The notes under the pieces were generated by a model. The model was not told where the DNA came from, searched no databases, and saw only the letters and a program-made list of their open reading frames with translations. DNA of 56,726 nucleotides, filler included, from Bipalium vagum (lineage: Eukaryota): assembly GCA_037834085.1 (NCBI GenBank). It is 3 parts of 3 records of this genome, joined end to end, with 100 filler letters (N's around TTAATTAATTAA, not from the genome) between each part and the next. Parts side by side here need not be neighbours in the genome. Positions count along the whole stretch, not along the records: positions 16,395 to 32,847 come from JBBMKC010110698.1; positions 32,948 to 56,726 come from JBBMKC010206598.1; 1 more part is not named here. One strand, 5' to 3'. The stretch's first letter is position 1. Every line of letters begins with the position of its first letter. A program made the position numbers and the translations under genes. Of this stretch, positions 24,774 to 38,372 are shown one piece after another.

Positions 24774-24989
24774 GTAATTTTTGTTAAAGTGCTTATATAA
24801 ATATTATTTTTTAAAATTCAATATTAAGTAAGAAAATATTTTTATAAAACAGCGGAATTTTGATTTATTCTTTAAATTTCATTGTAAAAATTTATGAAAA
24901 AAAATCCTTTATCATTTGCTTTTATTAATAAATTTATTAAAATGCGTCTGATGATGAGGTAAGACAAAGTTAATTAAATATAACAACTC

Positions 24990-25241
24990 TTAAAATACAT
25001 CTTCCTCTGAAGACATAGTAAATATCCTATTGGAATAAAATTGAACAAAATCCAATCGCCAGTCATTAGCTCGACTAAAATACACAAGAACCGCATATGT
25101 ATTATTTCCATCAAAAATCCCAGGAATGTCAACAGTAACCTTCTGCTGAGCAACATCCGAACACCCTAGACCTTTTAATGTTGTTCTGTGAACAGAACGG
25201 CGTACATTATTTTGAGATTGGACGAATTTGCAGAAGTTTCT
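24990..25241 (-). CDS. NDNF: NDNF/nord-like gene, terminal exon
   Basis: TTCTAG|RNFCKF...GIFDGNNTYAVLVYF...EEDVF*, 252 nt, phase 0. FN3-like end. Confidence 0.75.
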   Translation of the reverse strand, partial: RNFCKFVQSQNNVRRSVHRTTLKGLGCSDVAQQKVTVDIPGIFDGNNTYAVLVYFSRANDWRLDFVQFYSNRIFTMSSEEDVF

Positions 25242-25577
25242 CTAGAAAAAATTGCTCATTAGTATCAATATCTTATTAATTACAGAGAGATGTTGAAATG
25301 ACCCATAAATATTAAAAATTAACAATTGTAAATAGAAAAGTCCTATGAAACAAGAACTCATTTTAACCAGGAAATGAAAGTCATAATTATTCCACCCACA
25401 TTTTGGGTTGTTATGACTGCTCTCTAATTTTAGACGAGGGCTGTTATGATCTAAAGGATATCTAGCTAAAAGTAAACAGATGAAGTAATAATCTGATATA
25501 GTCGCATGTTGTTTATACTACACCAACAATCTTTATACCAACAAATCTATAATGGGACATCAATGACAAACAATTAC

Positions 25578-26007
25578 TTCTGCTTTTATGTTAGATTCTA
25601 CTTGCGACAAAAACTCAATATTGTTTGATTTGTCATTTGGAATCCGAAAGTCAATGATATTAAAGTAATATGTAATATCATGGGGGCTGAGAATTCGATT
25701 AAAACTGATGTTGATTTTATATTGGGATTTTTCAGTGCCAAGAGGTGTCTGGTTTAGCTTGATTGAGAAATCTATAAGCAAATCATTCATCAAAATTTTA
25801 ATTTTAGGATCAATCCAACCTGTCGTTTTGTTACAATCCAAATGTGGAAAAGGGCGCATATTGTCGGAGAGAAAATACAATTGACCCACAGGCATTTTAT
25901 TCTGAGGTTTAATATTTAGAGTGTGCTGCAGACGATATGTTCCTGGCTTGAGTGCTGTACAAAGTGCCTTAAGCCGATTATGTACAATCTCAACACAGAT
26001 GGGAATT
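25578..26007 (-). CDS. NDNF: NDNF/nord-like gene, exon
   Basis: TTAAG|...LKPGTYRL...MRPFPHL...IKAE|GTAATT, 430 nt, phase 2-0, matching the upstream exon phase. Confidence 0.75.
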
Positions 26008-26289
26008 CTTAAAAAGCATTAATTTTTAAAGATTTCACAAAACCAAACTTGTAAATAGTTATATGAAATTAAATCGGGTGAAGAAATTTTTTTCGTATTT
26101 TACAAAAACATTGTAACTGAATATTATATTAATTAACTGTTGATGTAAAAATACATATAATATCTTGATTTACAATTTTTCGCAACAAAATTAAAGAAAT
26201 TTTCATTGATGAAATAATGTGTTATCTGAAAAACGACAAAAGGTTATTGATTTACGAGGTACATATGAGATTAAAATAAATAATTAATA

Positions 26290-27030
26290 ATCAACAGGTT
26301 TCGCAATGGAGGCATCGATAGTCTCTGGTGGATTATGACGTGTTAAAGACTGTCATCGAAACAGATCCTAGACAAACATTAGAAGAACTGTCTGTTCTAT
26401 TAAACTTTAATGTCAGCAGTGTATGATAACACATAAAAGAGATAGGCAAAGCAATAAGTGCAGTGTTTGGGATCCTCATGATTTAACCTCAGAACAGAAG
26501 AACACAGTACCAGATCTGGTACTCATTATTCATTCGACATCTTAAAGAACCATTTTTCAAATGGATTGTGACAAGAGATGAAAAGTGAATAGTGAACGAG
26601 TGGTGAAAATCAGAGGTTATCTCAAGATCAAACTTCTGTCCCAATAGCGAAAGCAAGATTTTATCCAAAGAAGGCCTTATTGATTGTCTTCTGGAGTTGA
26701 AAAGAAGTAATTCACTTTAAATTATTGAAAATGGGTAAACAATAAATTCCGATGTATCTTGACCGTTTGAGAGATGCATTAATTGTGAAACATCCTGCAT
26801 ATATCAACAGAAACAAAATAACTTTCATCAAAACGGGGCTGGGCCAAACACTGCAAAAGTGACACAGCCAAAGAAAGTCTGTCAATGGGAATTAATGCCT
26901 CAACCTCCATATAACTCAGACATCGTGCACTCGGATTGCTATTTTTTCGGTCTTTAGTTCTTTAATGAAAAGCACAGTCTCTGATCTGGCAATGGCATCG
27001 AAAGTTATATAAAAATGGAGCATATATACT
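26290..27030 (+). mobile_element. mariner relic (intronic)
   Basis: VIETDPRQTLEEL, PHDL, EPFFKWIVTRDEK, YPKKALLIVFW. Confidence 0.8.
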
Positions 27031-27161
27031 TGATTGGCTTCGTTTTGTTATTTGTATAAATATGTTTAAATTTTCTAAAAAAAATAATTTTTAATTTGAA
27101 AAGCCCTAATATTTTTTCTATTCAATTTCATTGTTTTATGAATTAGAAAAATTATTAATTT

Positions 27162-27211
<50 letters not shown>

Positions 27212-27418
27212 GAATAATAATAATAATTTTCAAATAATAATTAAATACACGTGGTTAAAAATGCTGAATTAAACTTAGAGTAAATTAAACAAAAATATTT
27301 TAATCAGTGATTGTTGGAGTACTGTTTTAAAAAATATTTATACACATGATTGTAACATAATTATGAAAAAATGTATAAATAGTTCTTTGGTTGTTTATTA
27401 TATAAAATATTTTTTTAT

Positions 27419-28040
27419 ATTAGGATGGCAAGAAAGTAATTGCCGATTTTGTATCAAGACATTTCAACTTAACTGCATTTTAAATAAAATGATTGGATTA
27501 AAATTTCAATCAGTAAGTTAAATTTTTATATCGTATCTTTAGTATGGAAGATCGAAACACGCAATTGAGACATATTTTACTTTTCTATAATCGGAAAATT
27601 AAAAATGCATTAAAAGAACACCAATGTCGAAATTTGTTTGAGAAATTCCAATCTGTCCGTCAACTAGATATCAATGAAGATGAAATCAAAGATTTAATTT
27701 ACGAAGATTGATACAAAACAAATTGTGACATTATAAGGAAGCTCATTATATCACATGTAACCATTGAAGGCATGCTGGATACGTGAAAAACTTGATTTAC
27801 GAACTTTTTACCATATTAAGGAAAATCATTTTAGACAACGCTGTGAAATCTGAGAATTGCTCATCAAACGCAACAAAATAGTTCATTTATTGGGCGATGG
27901 AAACTAGATTTGGTGCAATAATGTCTATTGGATATTATTTGTCCAAGGTTGATACTCATCAAAAGAAATTTATGTTGTGCCTTTAGTGAGATTATTAAGA
28001 AATCTTATACATTTTTTGAAGCAGACAAATGATTAATTCT
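27419..28040 (+). mobile_element. mariner relic, mellifera-like TIR
   Basis: TTAGGATGGCAAGAAAGTAATTGCCGATTTT followed by MEDRNTQLRHILLFY. Confidence 0.75.
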
Positions 28041-28849
28041 GATATTTTATTAAAATAACGATTCTACAGGACTCAGATATTAAGAAATACAAATTGTATT
28101 TTAAGAAACTTTAGTTTCAATATTTTTTTTGACTAATGATGTTTGTTACAAAGATATTTGAGCTCAGATTAATTAATAAAATTTAATGTTATTGGATACT
28201 AAGGTAAATCGAATAAGGTTTAACTATAATATAAATTAAAAAATGTTTAAAAAGTTAAAAAATGACGTCATTTGACCAATTAAAAAATATATTACGAATT
28301 ATATTGTTAAGATGAACTTCCACAATGTGACAACTTTCGTCATATTTTAAATTTTTTAATTGTGCAACTGAGTCTGGAAATTATCTTATTTAAAAATTAA
28401 AGTTTTAGTAATCATATAAACAAAAATTATTTTACCTTTAATCCGTATCAATTTATTTTAAAATTGAAACCTCAATTAAAACAATATGATATTCTTAATA
28501 ATAAAAATATTTAATAACATAATTTCTAATTATATCAAGTAGTTCCGCATCTCAGGTTAAAGTTTAATAAGACTGGAACTCTTCACGAAAAGTAAAATCA
28601 TATGTCAGATGAAAATATTAATAAATTTTACAATATCGAATTTTAATTTGATGAGTACTGCTGAACTAAACATGATTTTAAAAGTTACTAACTATACTAT
28701 TATAGCACTAGACTTCTATTCATTTATACCGATCACGATAATTGACCTCAGCGATGACGTTATCGGTTGACAAATGTAGTTTTGTGAAACAATGTTGTTA
28801 TTATTTGAAAGTGATTCCGCCTTGGTTCACAAAATTATGTGGTAGCATA

Positions 28850-29330
28850 AAAAGTAAATTCATATTAAATGCAGTGACAAACCGTCATAAATGCTGTTAT
28901 TGGGGCTGTGCTAACCCTAAAAACACAATACCTGGTCATAACTCCAACCTAAGAGTAACAAAAAGAGATTGATTGTCATGGGACCATATAAAAAAATGCT
29001 AAAATAAAGACTGACTTTTACTTCCAGTAAGACATTTCCACAATACAACAAAGATTGTACCAGATTGCATGAAATCAGGTAATGTATAAACTCTTACGCG
29101 GACGTCGTGAAGTCCAGACCTTAACATAGTTGAGAATGTCTGGAAAATGATTTCAAATGTGATTTATGAAGGAACACATTTCTAAATAAAGTTGAGTCAA
29201 AATAAATAGTGGATCTCTTACCCATCTGCGCAAGGCAACACAAAATTTTGGAATTATACCATTGATCCTATGTAGACTATTAAGTAGTAAAGGAAGTTTG
29301 TTCAAATTTTTATTATTAGTTTGTATAATA
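28850..29330 (+). mobile_element. Tc1-type (DDE) relic
   Basis: SPDLNIVENVWKMISNVIY. Confidence 0.65.
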
Positions 29331-30106
29331 AAGTTTTCTAACGTGTCGTTTTCTAAATTGTAAGACAACAAAATTTAAATGTTATTGAAAAAAAATTAAT
29401 AAGTCATGATACTTCTTAAATTTGGCACTATATTACTTAAAATTATACAATTTTTATTTCATTAATTACATTACTCATGAATTTGTAACGAAATTTCTTA
29501 CTGTTCTAAAATTTTGTAGGTATAAATTAGTTTTTTTCAAAATAATTACTGATAATATCAACACACGTCTGCACGCAATCGAAAAAATTCTCAAAGCCAA
29601 TTTTTCAATTCTGAAATTAACGCTTCATATATCAAATTCATATACCTCAAATTTCGGAATAGCTACGTCAGACGACGGACAGTACTCACTCTTTTAGATG
29701 GTTTGAAGCCAAAAGAAATTAAAAAGTGATAAGTTAAGCGTTCTTCTACATTTTTAGTGGCTGCGAATGATTTATTGCCATATGAGAGCAGCGATGTCAT
29801 GAATAATATGGCGATTTTGATTGTTCTCTGTAATTTTGGAAATCTATTGTGGTAGGCAAACTGCTTAATATTTTAAAACTTTAAAATTCGTGATTTTATT
29901 AAATTCTATATGTTTCCCAAAGACCTGATTCTTGATATCATTATGGAGAACAATTCAATGTTCTTTATTTTATGATTGAGCTTGAAGATTTCAGCTTCTA
30001 ATTGATGTAGTTAGTGTATGTATTCATTATATTATTACTTTTACTATTTATTTATAAAAATTAAAACACGAAAGATAATAATAATAATATTAAACGACTC
30101 ACTCAC

Positions 30107-30417
30107 TGGCTTTCTTTCTGGAAAACCTGTAATGATTGTGTATGATAATGAACACAGCCTTGATAAAGTAGTTTGTTAGGATGCGTTCCCGTTGGATCTA
30201 AAGTGATGTTAAACATTATTGTTTCGTTGCCCATTATCCACAGATGAGGTGTCAATTTATTGATTCTGACTTGCTTTCCCCGATCTTTACATTCATTGTG
30301 TGACTGTTTCCATTTCAATTGAACGGGTTCGTAGGCATCAGTAAATTTCGTATCGTTATTTATTGCAAAAATATTGACGAATACATCTGAATTACGAAAG
30401 TTCCTATCTAAAGCTAC
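30107..30417 (-). CDS. NDNF: NDNF/nord-like gene, exon
   Basis: Follows a 44-nt intron. DVFVNIFAINNDTKFTDAY resembles NDNF YYFDVFVVNINSNMSTAY. GTGAGT donor, phase 0-2. Confidence 0.8.
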
Positions 30418-30461
30418 CTGACAAGAAGCACAGTAAACTTCTGAAATATATGTTTACTTAC

Positions 30462-30714
30462 TTGGAATTTATTGGACTTGAAACAGCAAAATTTAAATTT
30501 CTGTATTGTCGCTATCTTATTTGACCGATAGTAATCATCAAACACAGATGGTCGACGTATTTTAAGATTCTTATAGTCTTTCTGATTCTCAAGGTCCTTT
30601 TTGTTTATTCTTAATTGAGCAGAACAGAAGTTCGGTAAATTCTCTTCTAGATTAAAGCTGACGCAGTAGGTATCCGCATTAAAGGCTCGAGACACAAAAA
30701 CGCTAACCGTTGAT
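30462..30714 (-). CDS. NDNF: NDNF/nord-like gene, exon
   Basis: YCVSFNLEENLPNFCSAQ resembles NDNF YCVVINKEHNFKSLCAVE. TTAG acceptor, GTAAGT donor, phase 2-0. Confidence 0.8.
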
Positions 30715-31148
30715 CTAAGCAAAAAGTAATTAAATAAATTGTAAATAATAAATTATTTAAAATTTATTAAAATTTGACAATGATTAGCCAAATTTTTCCA
30801 AGACAGCGGTGCAGAAGCTGTATTTATTTTCCATATTTTGGTTTTACTGGTCATTATGATTTCAATAATCTGAGCTCTTTTCAAAAGGAACGTTTTCCAA
30901 TAAGACAATATATGTCTGACCATTAACCTAATGTCTGCCAAACACTTGAATTCCAGAAACAAGATTTTATGAGTAACTTTATAGATTTATAAATTTTCAA
31001 AATATTTGAAACAAATGCAACATTTCTTATGCTAAAATAAAATATTTGACAAATACGTGACAAATATGTAACCTTTCTCCATTTTACTAAAAATTTGGAA
31101 TCACTATTAAAAACAATAGAAAATTAGTAATTTTAATATACATATATA

Positions 31149-32445
31149 AGGGGTGTTGAACATATAATGATACTCATGTTTAAATTTCAAAAATTTTAAA
31201 ATAATGTGAACTTAAAACATATTTTAAGTACAAGAAAATGTCTAGAATAAATTTATTTTTGAACATTTATTTTATTCTATTTATTTTATTTTATTTTTAT
31301 TTATTTTTTCACCGTTAGCTTTCCACGTGCGATACAATTGACAGTACCAGGATTTAGAATTTTCCACAATTGTATCGTTGTCAGTTTTCTTCACTTGGAT
31401 CTTAAGTTCGCTGATAAATTTCTTTTTGAATGTTATTCGATCCCACCTGATGCTCCGAAAAAAATCATTCCAAACGCAATAATCCAAAGAATTTAAATCG
31501 GGTTAATTAGGAGACCAACGATTTTTTTGGAAAATTTCTGGAACACCATTCAATTGATTTTCATCTCGTATGAGACATCGCACGATCTTGTTGATATGTC
31601 CAATAATTCCCAAAAACTTTATTTCCATATCTCTTTGCCACCAGAATTATTTTTTTAATATAAATGTCCTGATTAGTTGATCCTTTTTCAATAAATACGA
31701 GTGGACTGAAACCTTTGATCATATAGCCAACCAAACCATTACTCCTTGTGTAAATTTCCGTTTCTGATTAATGCCACCTTTGTAATCAGCATCAGAGCAA
31801 GTTACTGCCCTTATTCTGTCATTTTGGACATTGTGGAGTCCGTTCATATAGAATATTTTTTCTTCCGAAAAATATCCTTTTGGAATCTTCTTTTTTGAAA
31901 TAATGCTTCACCAAATTGTAAAATCCGATTCTGGTTTTTAAATGTTTCATATTCAACAAAGGTTGTTTTCGGATTTTGTACGGTTTTAACTGTATGTTTT
32001 TTTCGATATGGATTGAGCTGATCAAATTGATATTCCAGTTTTGGTAGCCAATTTTCTTACGGCCACTCTTTATCCCCTTTTATCGATCGTTTTACAGTTT
32101 GTATCACTCTAACTGTTTTCGCATGGTTTTTCTTCCTGGTGGCGTCTTCAGTTCAATAGAATAATTTTGCACCATCGTGTGATGGTTGGAAGGAAAGTAC
32201 TTCTTCTAATGTTTGGTATATTTGCAAGGGGTATTTCCATTTTGGTGCTTAGAAAAAACAATATTTTGTATTTCCAACGACTTAATCTCTAAAATTTTAT
32301 AAAACTAAAATTTAGAACTAATCTTTTGTTCACCTGAACTATATGACAAGCTTTTCAGTTAATCCTCTTTGGATTTTGTTAAAATATAATTATTTGGTTT
32401 GACTAGAGATAAAAAGAACAGTATCATTATATATTGAACACCCGT
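31149..32445 (-). mobile_element. Full-length decayed maT (DD37D-type) transposon
   Basis: TIRs AGGGGTGTTGAACATATAATGATACT / AGTATCATTATATATTGAACACCCGT with TA flanks. KFTQGVMVW, WSPN*PDLNSLDYCVW. Confidence 0.85.
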
Positions 32446-32777
32446 TACCTATTGCTAGATAAGTCATATTAATCACAGTCAATATTTTTTGACAATTGTG
32501 GATATTAAATGAGAGTTATTTAATGCAACAGTTTACTTTTGCAAATATTTTTTGAATTGTTTAATTTATTAACTGATTATTTTGTTTATACTTAGAAGTC
32601 ATTACACTTATGATATTAAAGTAGATTATTACGATTGTAAAAGTAAACAAATTTATTCGAGGTTGCAAGAGAAATTTATCTTTTATTTTATTTATGGACA
32701 ACTGATAACAGCAAATTGACGTACTAATTTTATGTAAGATTAATCTTATTAAATTTTTATAAAAATCATATCTTACA

Positions 32778-32847
<70 letters not shown>

Positions 32848-32947
32848 NNNNNNNNNNNNNNNNNNNNNNNNNNNNNNNNNNNNNNNNNNNNTTAATTAAT
32901 TAANNNNNNNNNNNNNNNNNNNNNNNNNNNNNNNNNNNNNNNNNNNN
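32848..32947. other. Artificial contig spacer N44-TTAATTAATTAA-N44
   Basis: Same structure as 16295-16394. Confidence 0.9.
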
Positions 32948-33648
32948 TAATCAATAATTTTTTTGCAATAAATTTCAAATACCTTCAACTATATAATAAT
33001 ATTATTTAAACAACTTTGTATTAACAATTATTTGAGAAAATTTTGTATAAACTTTATTATTTAAAAATAATGCAGAACTTATTCCAAAACCCAATAGTTA
33101 TTATTTTTTATACTTTCACAAATATAAACTTTAAAATGTGAACAAGTTGCTTTAAATAAACAACAGATAATAATTAAAATCTGTATTACATACCAGAACA
33201 AACATCAAATTCGAACAGCCAGCATTGAGTCACTGGATTAAGACCAACAATAGCATTATTGAGAACATTTTTGTGCTTCGAAGTCTATTTATGAATAAAA
33301 TTCATGTGATTTTGATCCACTTTATTTGATATTTCCGATAATCAAAATTTTATTTGAAGTAAACATTATCACAATTGTAATATAATATGGTATTAAAATT
33401 AATTTTAGTTTAATAAGGCAAACAATACTTGAAAATACTTTACATCAGATATATGTAAAATTCAAATTATTTCAATTTAAAATTTATTAATCTTTACTTT
33501 TTAATAATATTTCATATTATAAAAAAATCTCTGATTTGAGAATTAAAATTCATTTTCTGAAAAAAATCGAAAAATAAATTCATTTGTTTTACTGTATTAA
33601 ATCTCATTAATATTTTAATTATAAAGTGATGTTTTAGAAAAGATAATT

Positions 33649-33909
33649 ATGGAATCTCAGCAATCATTGGAAATAACTCCTTCTAATTCTATTAAATTTG
33701 AAGGTATCATTAACATTTGACAATTTAAGACCAATGATTTGTTATTAATAACACAGGAACATTTAAGGAGATTATCACGAAAAAATTGGTTATCAAGAAT
33801 CCTCTTGATCGAAATGTGGCATTTAAAATCAAAACCACAACACCGAGACAATATTGCGTGAGACCTAGTACCGGACTAATTAAGCCTCAGCAAACGAAAG
33901 AGATCTCAA
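33649..33909 (+). CDS. VAP-like MSP-domain gene, exons 1-2 (33649-33703, 33757-33909)
   Basis: MESQQSLEITPSNSIKFEG|TFKEIITKKLVIKNPLDRNVAFKIKTTTPRQYCVRPSTGLI contains the VAP signature FK(V/I)KTT.P..YCVRP. 53-nt phase-1 intron. Later exons not found. Confidence 0.85.
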
Positions 33910-36900
33910 GTACATAATGTGTATTTAATATAATCAACAAACGGACTTTATTGATCTCTTTAAAGCATTAAAAAAAAGTTCTAAAAATTTCTCATAAGTT
34001 GATTAAAGACTATCAATGTATTTTTGCCACCCCAAGTCTTTATTCTTCCAATTCATGTCAAAGAAGTAAAATAAATATAAGTAGCATTTATATAGCTTTT
34101 TATATTTTCTTAAGATTTTCATTTCGAAGTTATAAATAAATTTATTTATAATACTTGGTTTTTTATTGGTTAATTAATATTAATTCTCGATTTTGTTATC
34201 GACTCGTTTATTAATAATCGATTTTGAAATGAAACAATGGTGATAAAATTCAATGGAAAAAATCCAAATTAAAAACATGTCAATGATGATAATTGTGGTG
34301 TGTTGCGGATCCCAGGGAGCCAGTGACACATTTTGACATTTCTTCCAACATCGGTCGTCACAGTCTTTTTTATCATTTGCATTTGCTAAATTAAGCTAAT
34401 TGATTCTACTAGGCCATATTATTGATTTTCACAATAAATGCCTTTTATTCAATTTGAGGAATTATTTTCTTTTTCTATCTTTAATTCTTTCACTTTAGTG
34501 TTTTCTTTTTATTACATTTGTTTTTTTTAATTCTTTATCTGCTTTACTTTATCTCTATCTTTTTTATAATTTTTTCTATTTTCATTTTCTTTTAACTCTT
34601 TCTATTTATTTCTCTATCTGGTATTTAATCTTAATTTTTGATTTTATATTTCTCTTATTGTTTTTTATCTAATATATTTTTCTGTTTCTCAATTTTTATT
34701 AACACCTAATATTTCATTCTGTTTTTGTTTTTATTATCTTTTTTCCTTTTCTTATTTGTGATATTTCCGTTATTTCTTTGTTCTACTGTTTGCTTTGTGT
34801 ATTTTTATTTCTCTTTATCTCATTCTGTTTTTTATATCTATTGTCTTCCCATTTTATCTCTTCTTTCAACGATTTTTTCTCTCTATTTTCACATTATAAT
34901 TTATTTTAGTTCTCTTTATTTTTTTCTCATTTTCTATTTCTATCTATCTATTCACATTATTAGACACTTCTATCATATTTAGCGTATTTATCTTATTACC
35001 ATTTTAATATTTAATTTCTTTATTATTATTATTATTATTATTTGAGCACTTTTTTGTCTTTAAAAAGTGTCACTTAGTGTCTGAAAATTAATATCAAAAC
35101 AAATTTAGATTAAATAAAATTGTAATTTATTCAATATTTAAGCTCAGTTTATTGATTAAATATTTATTACTTTAATATTTAAATTGTTTGAATTGCAATT
35201 AAAAATATCTTAGTATTATTAAAATATTTTATTGGAATAAAATAAAAAAGTGAATTCTAAATGTGAACCGAAAAAATCAATGTAGAAATTTTTGTACATA
35301 TTTTTCTCTAGACAAATGTAAACATGTCTTCATGATAAATGAATGTCACATAGGAAAAATTGTATAAAAAGCGTTTCGATAATTTCTTTTAGCCTTTTTC
35401 ATCCGTTTTCGATTCACGTTTTTTATTCTTTCAACTATTTATAAAATTTCTCACATCACGATTTCCATGTACTTTTTTCTGATGTATTCTGTGATAGAAA
35501 TATCTAATTTCTCTTTCATTTGTAAATTTCGTTATTGATTTTCAAGAAATATTTATAAATTTTTTTCTTTGATTTGTTTACAGTTCATTTTTGGTTTCTT
35601 GCCAAAAGTTTGAGAGAATTATAAAAAAATTATCAATTTTTCTCAATACAATAATGAATATTAATTTTTCATTATCTTTTATTGCCGAATTTCCCTTAAT
35701 ATCTCCAGATCAAGTTTCCATTAATTTTTAAATCCATCTGATTATTTAGAATGAAATTTTCTCTTTAAAAGGTTTCTTTCATTTTTATTATTTTCAATTT
35801 AATATTATTTTGAAAAGAATATTTTTTGGTCTATTTATTTTATACTATAAATTTGAATTTCCACCATTTCTTTCTAAAATCAAGAGAGATAGACTCGATT
35901 CTTAGTGATATCAACAATTTAAAAGAAAAAATTTTTTATTTTTATTTCAAAATGTTCTTGGAAATCAATATTTATTGTTTGCATATCTAAAAAATTTTTA
36001 AGAAATAAATATATCAAAACAAATTAGAATTAAGGATAGATTGAGTATCAAAATATGTTTGTTTAATAATATTGCCTTATGCTCAACACTTTCTGGAAAA
36101 AATAATCATAATAAATATTAAATAGTGATTATTTCTTTATTTTATCATGGTTAATTTTATTTTTATCTTCTAATGATCATGATTTCAGTATTAAAAAGAA
36201 AACTTTGAAGTTGTGAAAAAATACATTTTTAAAGTACAATAAAAATCAATACTTTAATATATACTTTCAGCAAATAATTTCCACAAATATAATAGTAAAT
36301 GTCACTATCGAATTTTCTTAACTCATTTTTTCTGATTTTTTACGTTATCGTTCAATTGGGATCAGAAAATGATAGACAATTTTTGAAGAACCACTGATAT
36401 TGATTTATAAAAATATTTCAACTGCTAAATTATTGATGAAAATTCAAGTGTTCATTATAAACTATCTTATTTATAATTTTAATGAATAATCAATTATATT
36501 TTGCAGATATATTACTTAGGAAAATAAATAATATTTATATTTTTTCGAAATTGTCGTGGTAAATTTTAAGACTTAACTGCTGAAGATATTGGTCTTATTT
36601 TTAATTAATTTATATATTTGATATTAATATTTTTATTACATTGTTATTGTGGTATATTTCATTAATTTCAGTCAGTTATAATAACTATCTACTATTATTT
36701 ATTTTTATTATTAAAATGTTTTATTATTATATTATATCTGATTACTATTATTATTATAATCTTTTCCTTTTAATTATTATGTATTACTAAAATTATTCGT
36801 TATTGTTTTAATATGACATTATTATTATTTTTATTATTATTATTATTATCATAAGATTGATTATGGAATGAATTCAAAATGTTAAGTGAAAATCAATTTT

Positions 36901-37549
36901 TTTTAAACCTTTATCATTATTTTTATTAGATAATGCAAAATGGAAATCTAAATCAATTAATTGGTTTGTCAATTTTCAACCACAAATTTTTCAGCTAAGA
37001 TTAAATAATAACTATAATAAATTGATTACTGCAAATATATCTTCTAAATAACCTATAACCAAGCAGATCTTATGCTTTTGCTAATTCTTCTAAACCGAAA
37101 AACTTTCTTGAAATCTTAGAATAAAAGAAAATTACAAAATTCTATTAATAGCATTCTATTCTGATACCTCCAATCTTTAATGGTGATTAATAGGTTAATA
37201 TTGATTTAAATTATTCAGAAAAAGGAACTTTAAGATAATAGTCGAATTAGAATCATAATTATTGATTATTAAAAATTTTATTAATTATACTTTTCTAAAA
37301 CCATCTAACTTTGTATTTCAAATTTCCTACTTCATTTTATACGTTACATTGGTTTGAAAGTAAAGAATCACTCTTGAACCGTGGCATTTATTTTTTTTAA
37401 TTAGTTCAGCGAAAAAAAGTTGATATACCCAACAATTGTCTGGAATTTCAGCAACCCTGGGTTGAAATAATAAACGTTGTGTAATGATTCTATATGTTTT
37501 CCTTTGAAATTGTGTCGTGGATATTTCAAGTGCCTTCCGCATCTATATA

Positions 37550-38372
37550 CAGGGTTTATAACCTCATTTCAAGTTTTTGTAACCTCACTTCAAATATTTG
37601 TAACTTCATTTCAAATTTGTATAAATCAATTTCAAAAATAAATAAATTTCAAAAAATAAAAATAAGAAAATGTATTACATATAAACATTTAATCATCATA
37701 GATGGGTTCCTTATTAATACATTTTGTTAGGAATTTAAAAATGTCTGTAATAAGAATTACAATCATCAGCGCGTATTAAATTTCCTACTTTGTGGATCAA
37801 TCCAAATAAATCTTTTTCATCTTCAGGACGAGCTTGTCTGATGCTTTGTTTCCATTTTGAGAATAAGTTCTCAATAGGATTTAGAAACGGAGAATAAGGA
37901 GGCAAAAACAATACCCTATGACCCCCTTCTTCTACCATTTCACGTATGACTGTCGATTTGTGGAATGGAACATTGTCCATTATGATTACCACAAATCCAT
38001 GTTCTCGAATTAAATCTTTTTTTATTACAAAATTGGGTTATAAACGCCGGAAATGTAATCGTGTTATATGCAGTCGTCTGTGCATGATAATGGACAATTC
38101 CATTTTTATTCATTGCGCAACAGACGGAGATGTTACGTGACTGCAATTGCTTTCTTTCCACATAATGATCTTCCTTTTTTTGAGCGCATAGATATATTGA
38201 AGCCTACCTCATCAACGAAGAACAGTTTGGATTCATCATATAATGATAAGGTATTTAAAAAGCATTGTGCATATCTTGCTCGATCATCCAATGCTCTTTC
38301 ATCATTTCTTCTTACCGAGATTAACGAAATATTCTTAAATGTATAAGAAAATCCTTCAACGTAATTATGCAC
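37550..38372 (-). mobile_element. IS630/Tc1-like DD34E transposon, 3' part
   Basis: FFVDEVGFN...IIMDNVPFH-(34 aa spacing)-LPPYSPFLNPIE with two frameshifts. TA-CAGGG terminus with subterminal TAACCTCATTTCAA repeats. Confidence 0.88.

Noticed and set aside
34725-34982. Hydrophobic 85-aa ORF
   Set aside because: Translation of low-complexity T/C-rich DNA.
37555-37660. CRISPR-like ~19-bp repeats
   Set aside because: Subterminal repeats of a transposon end with no unique spacers, in eukaryotic DNA.
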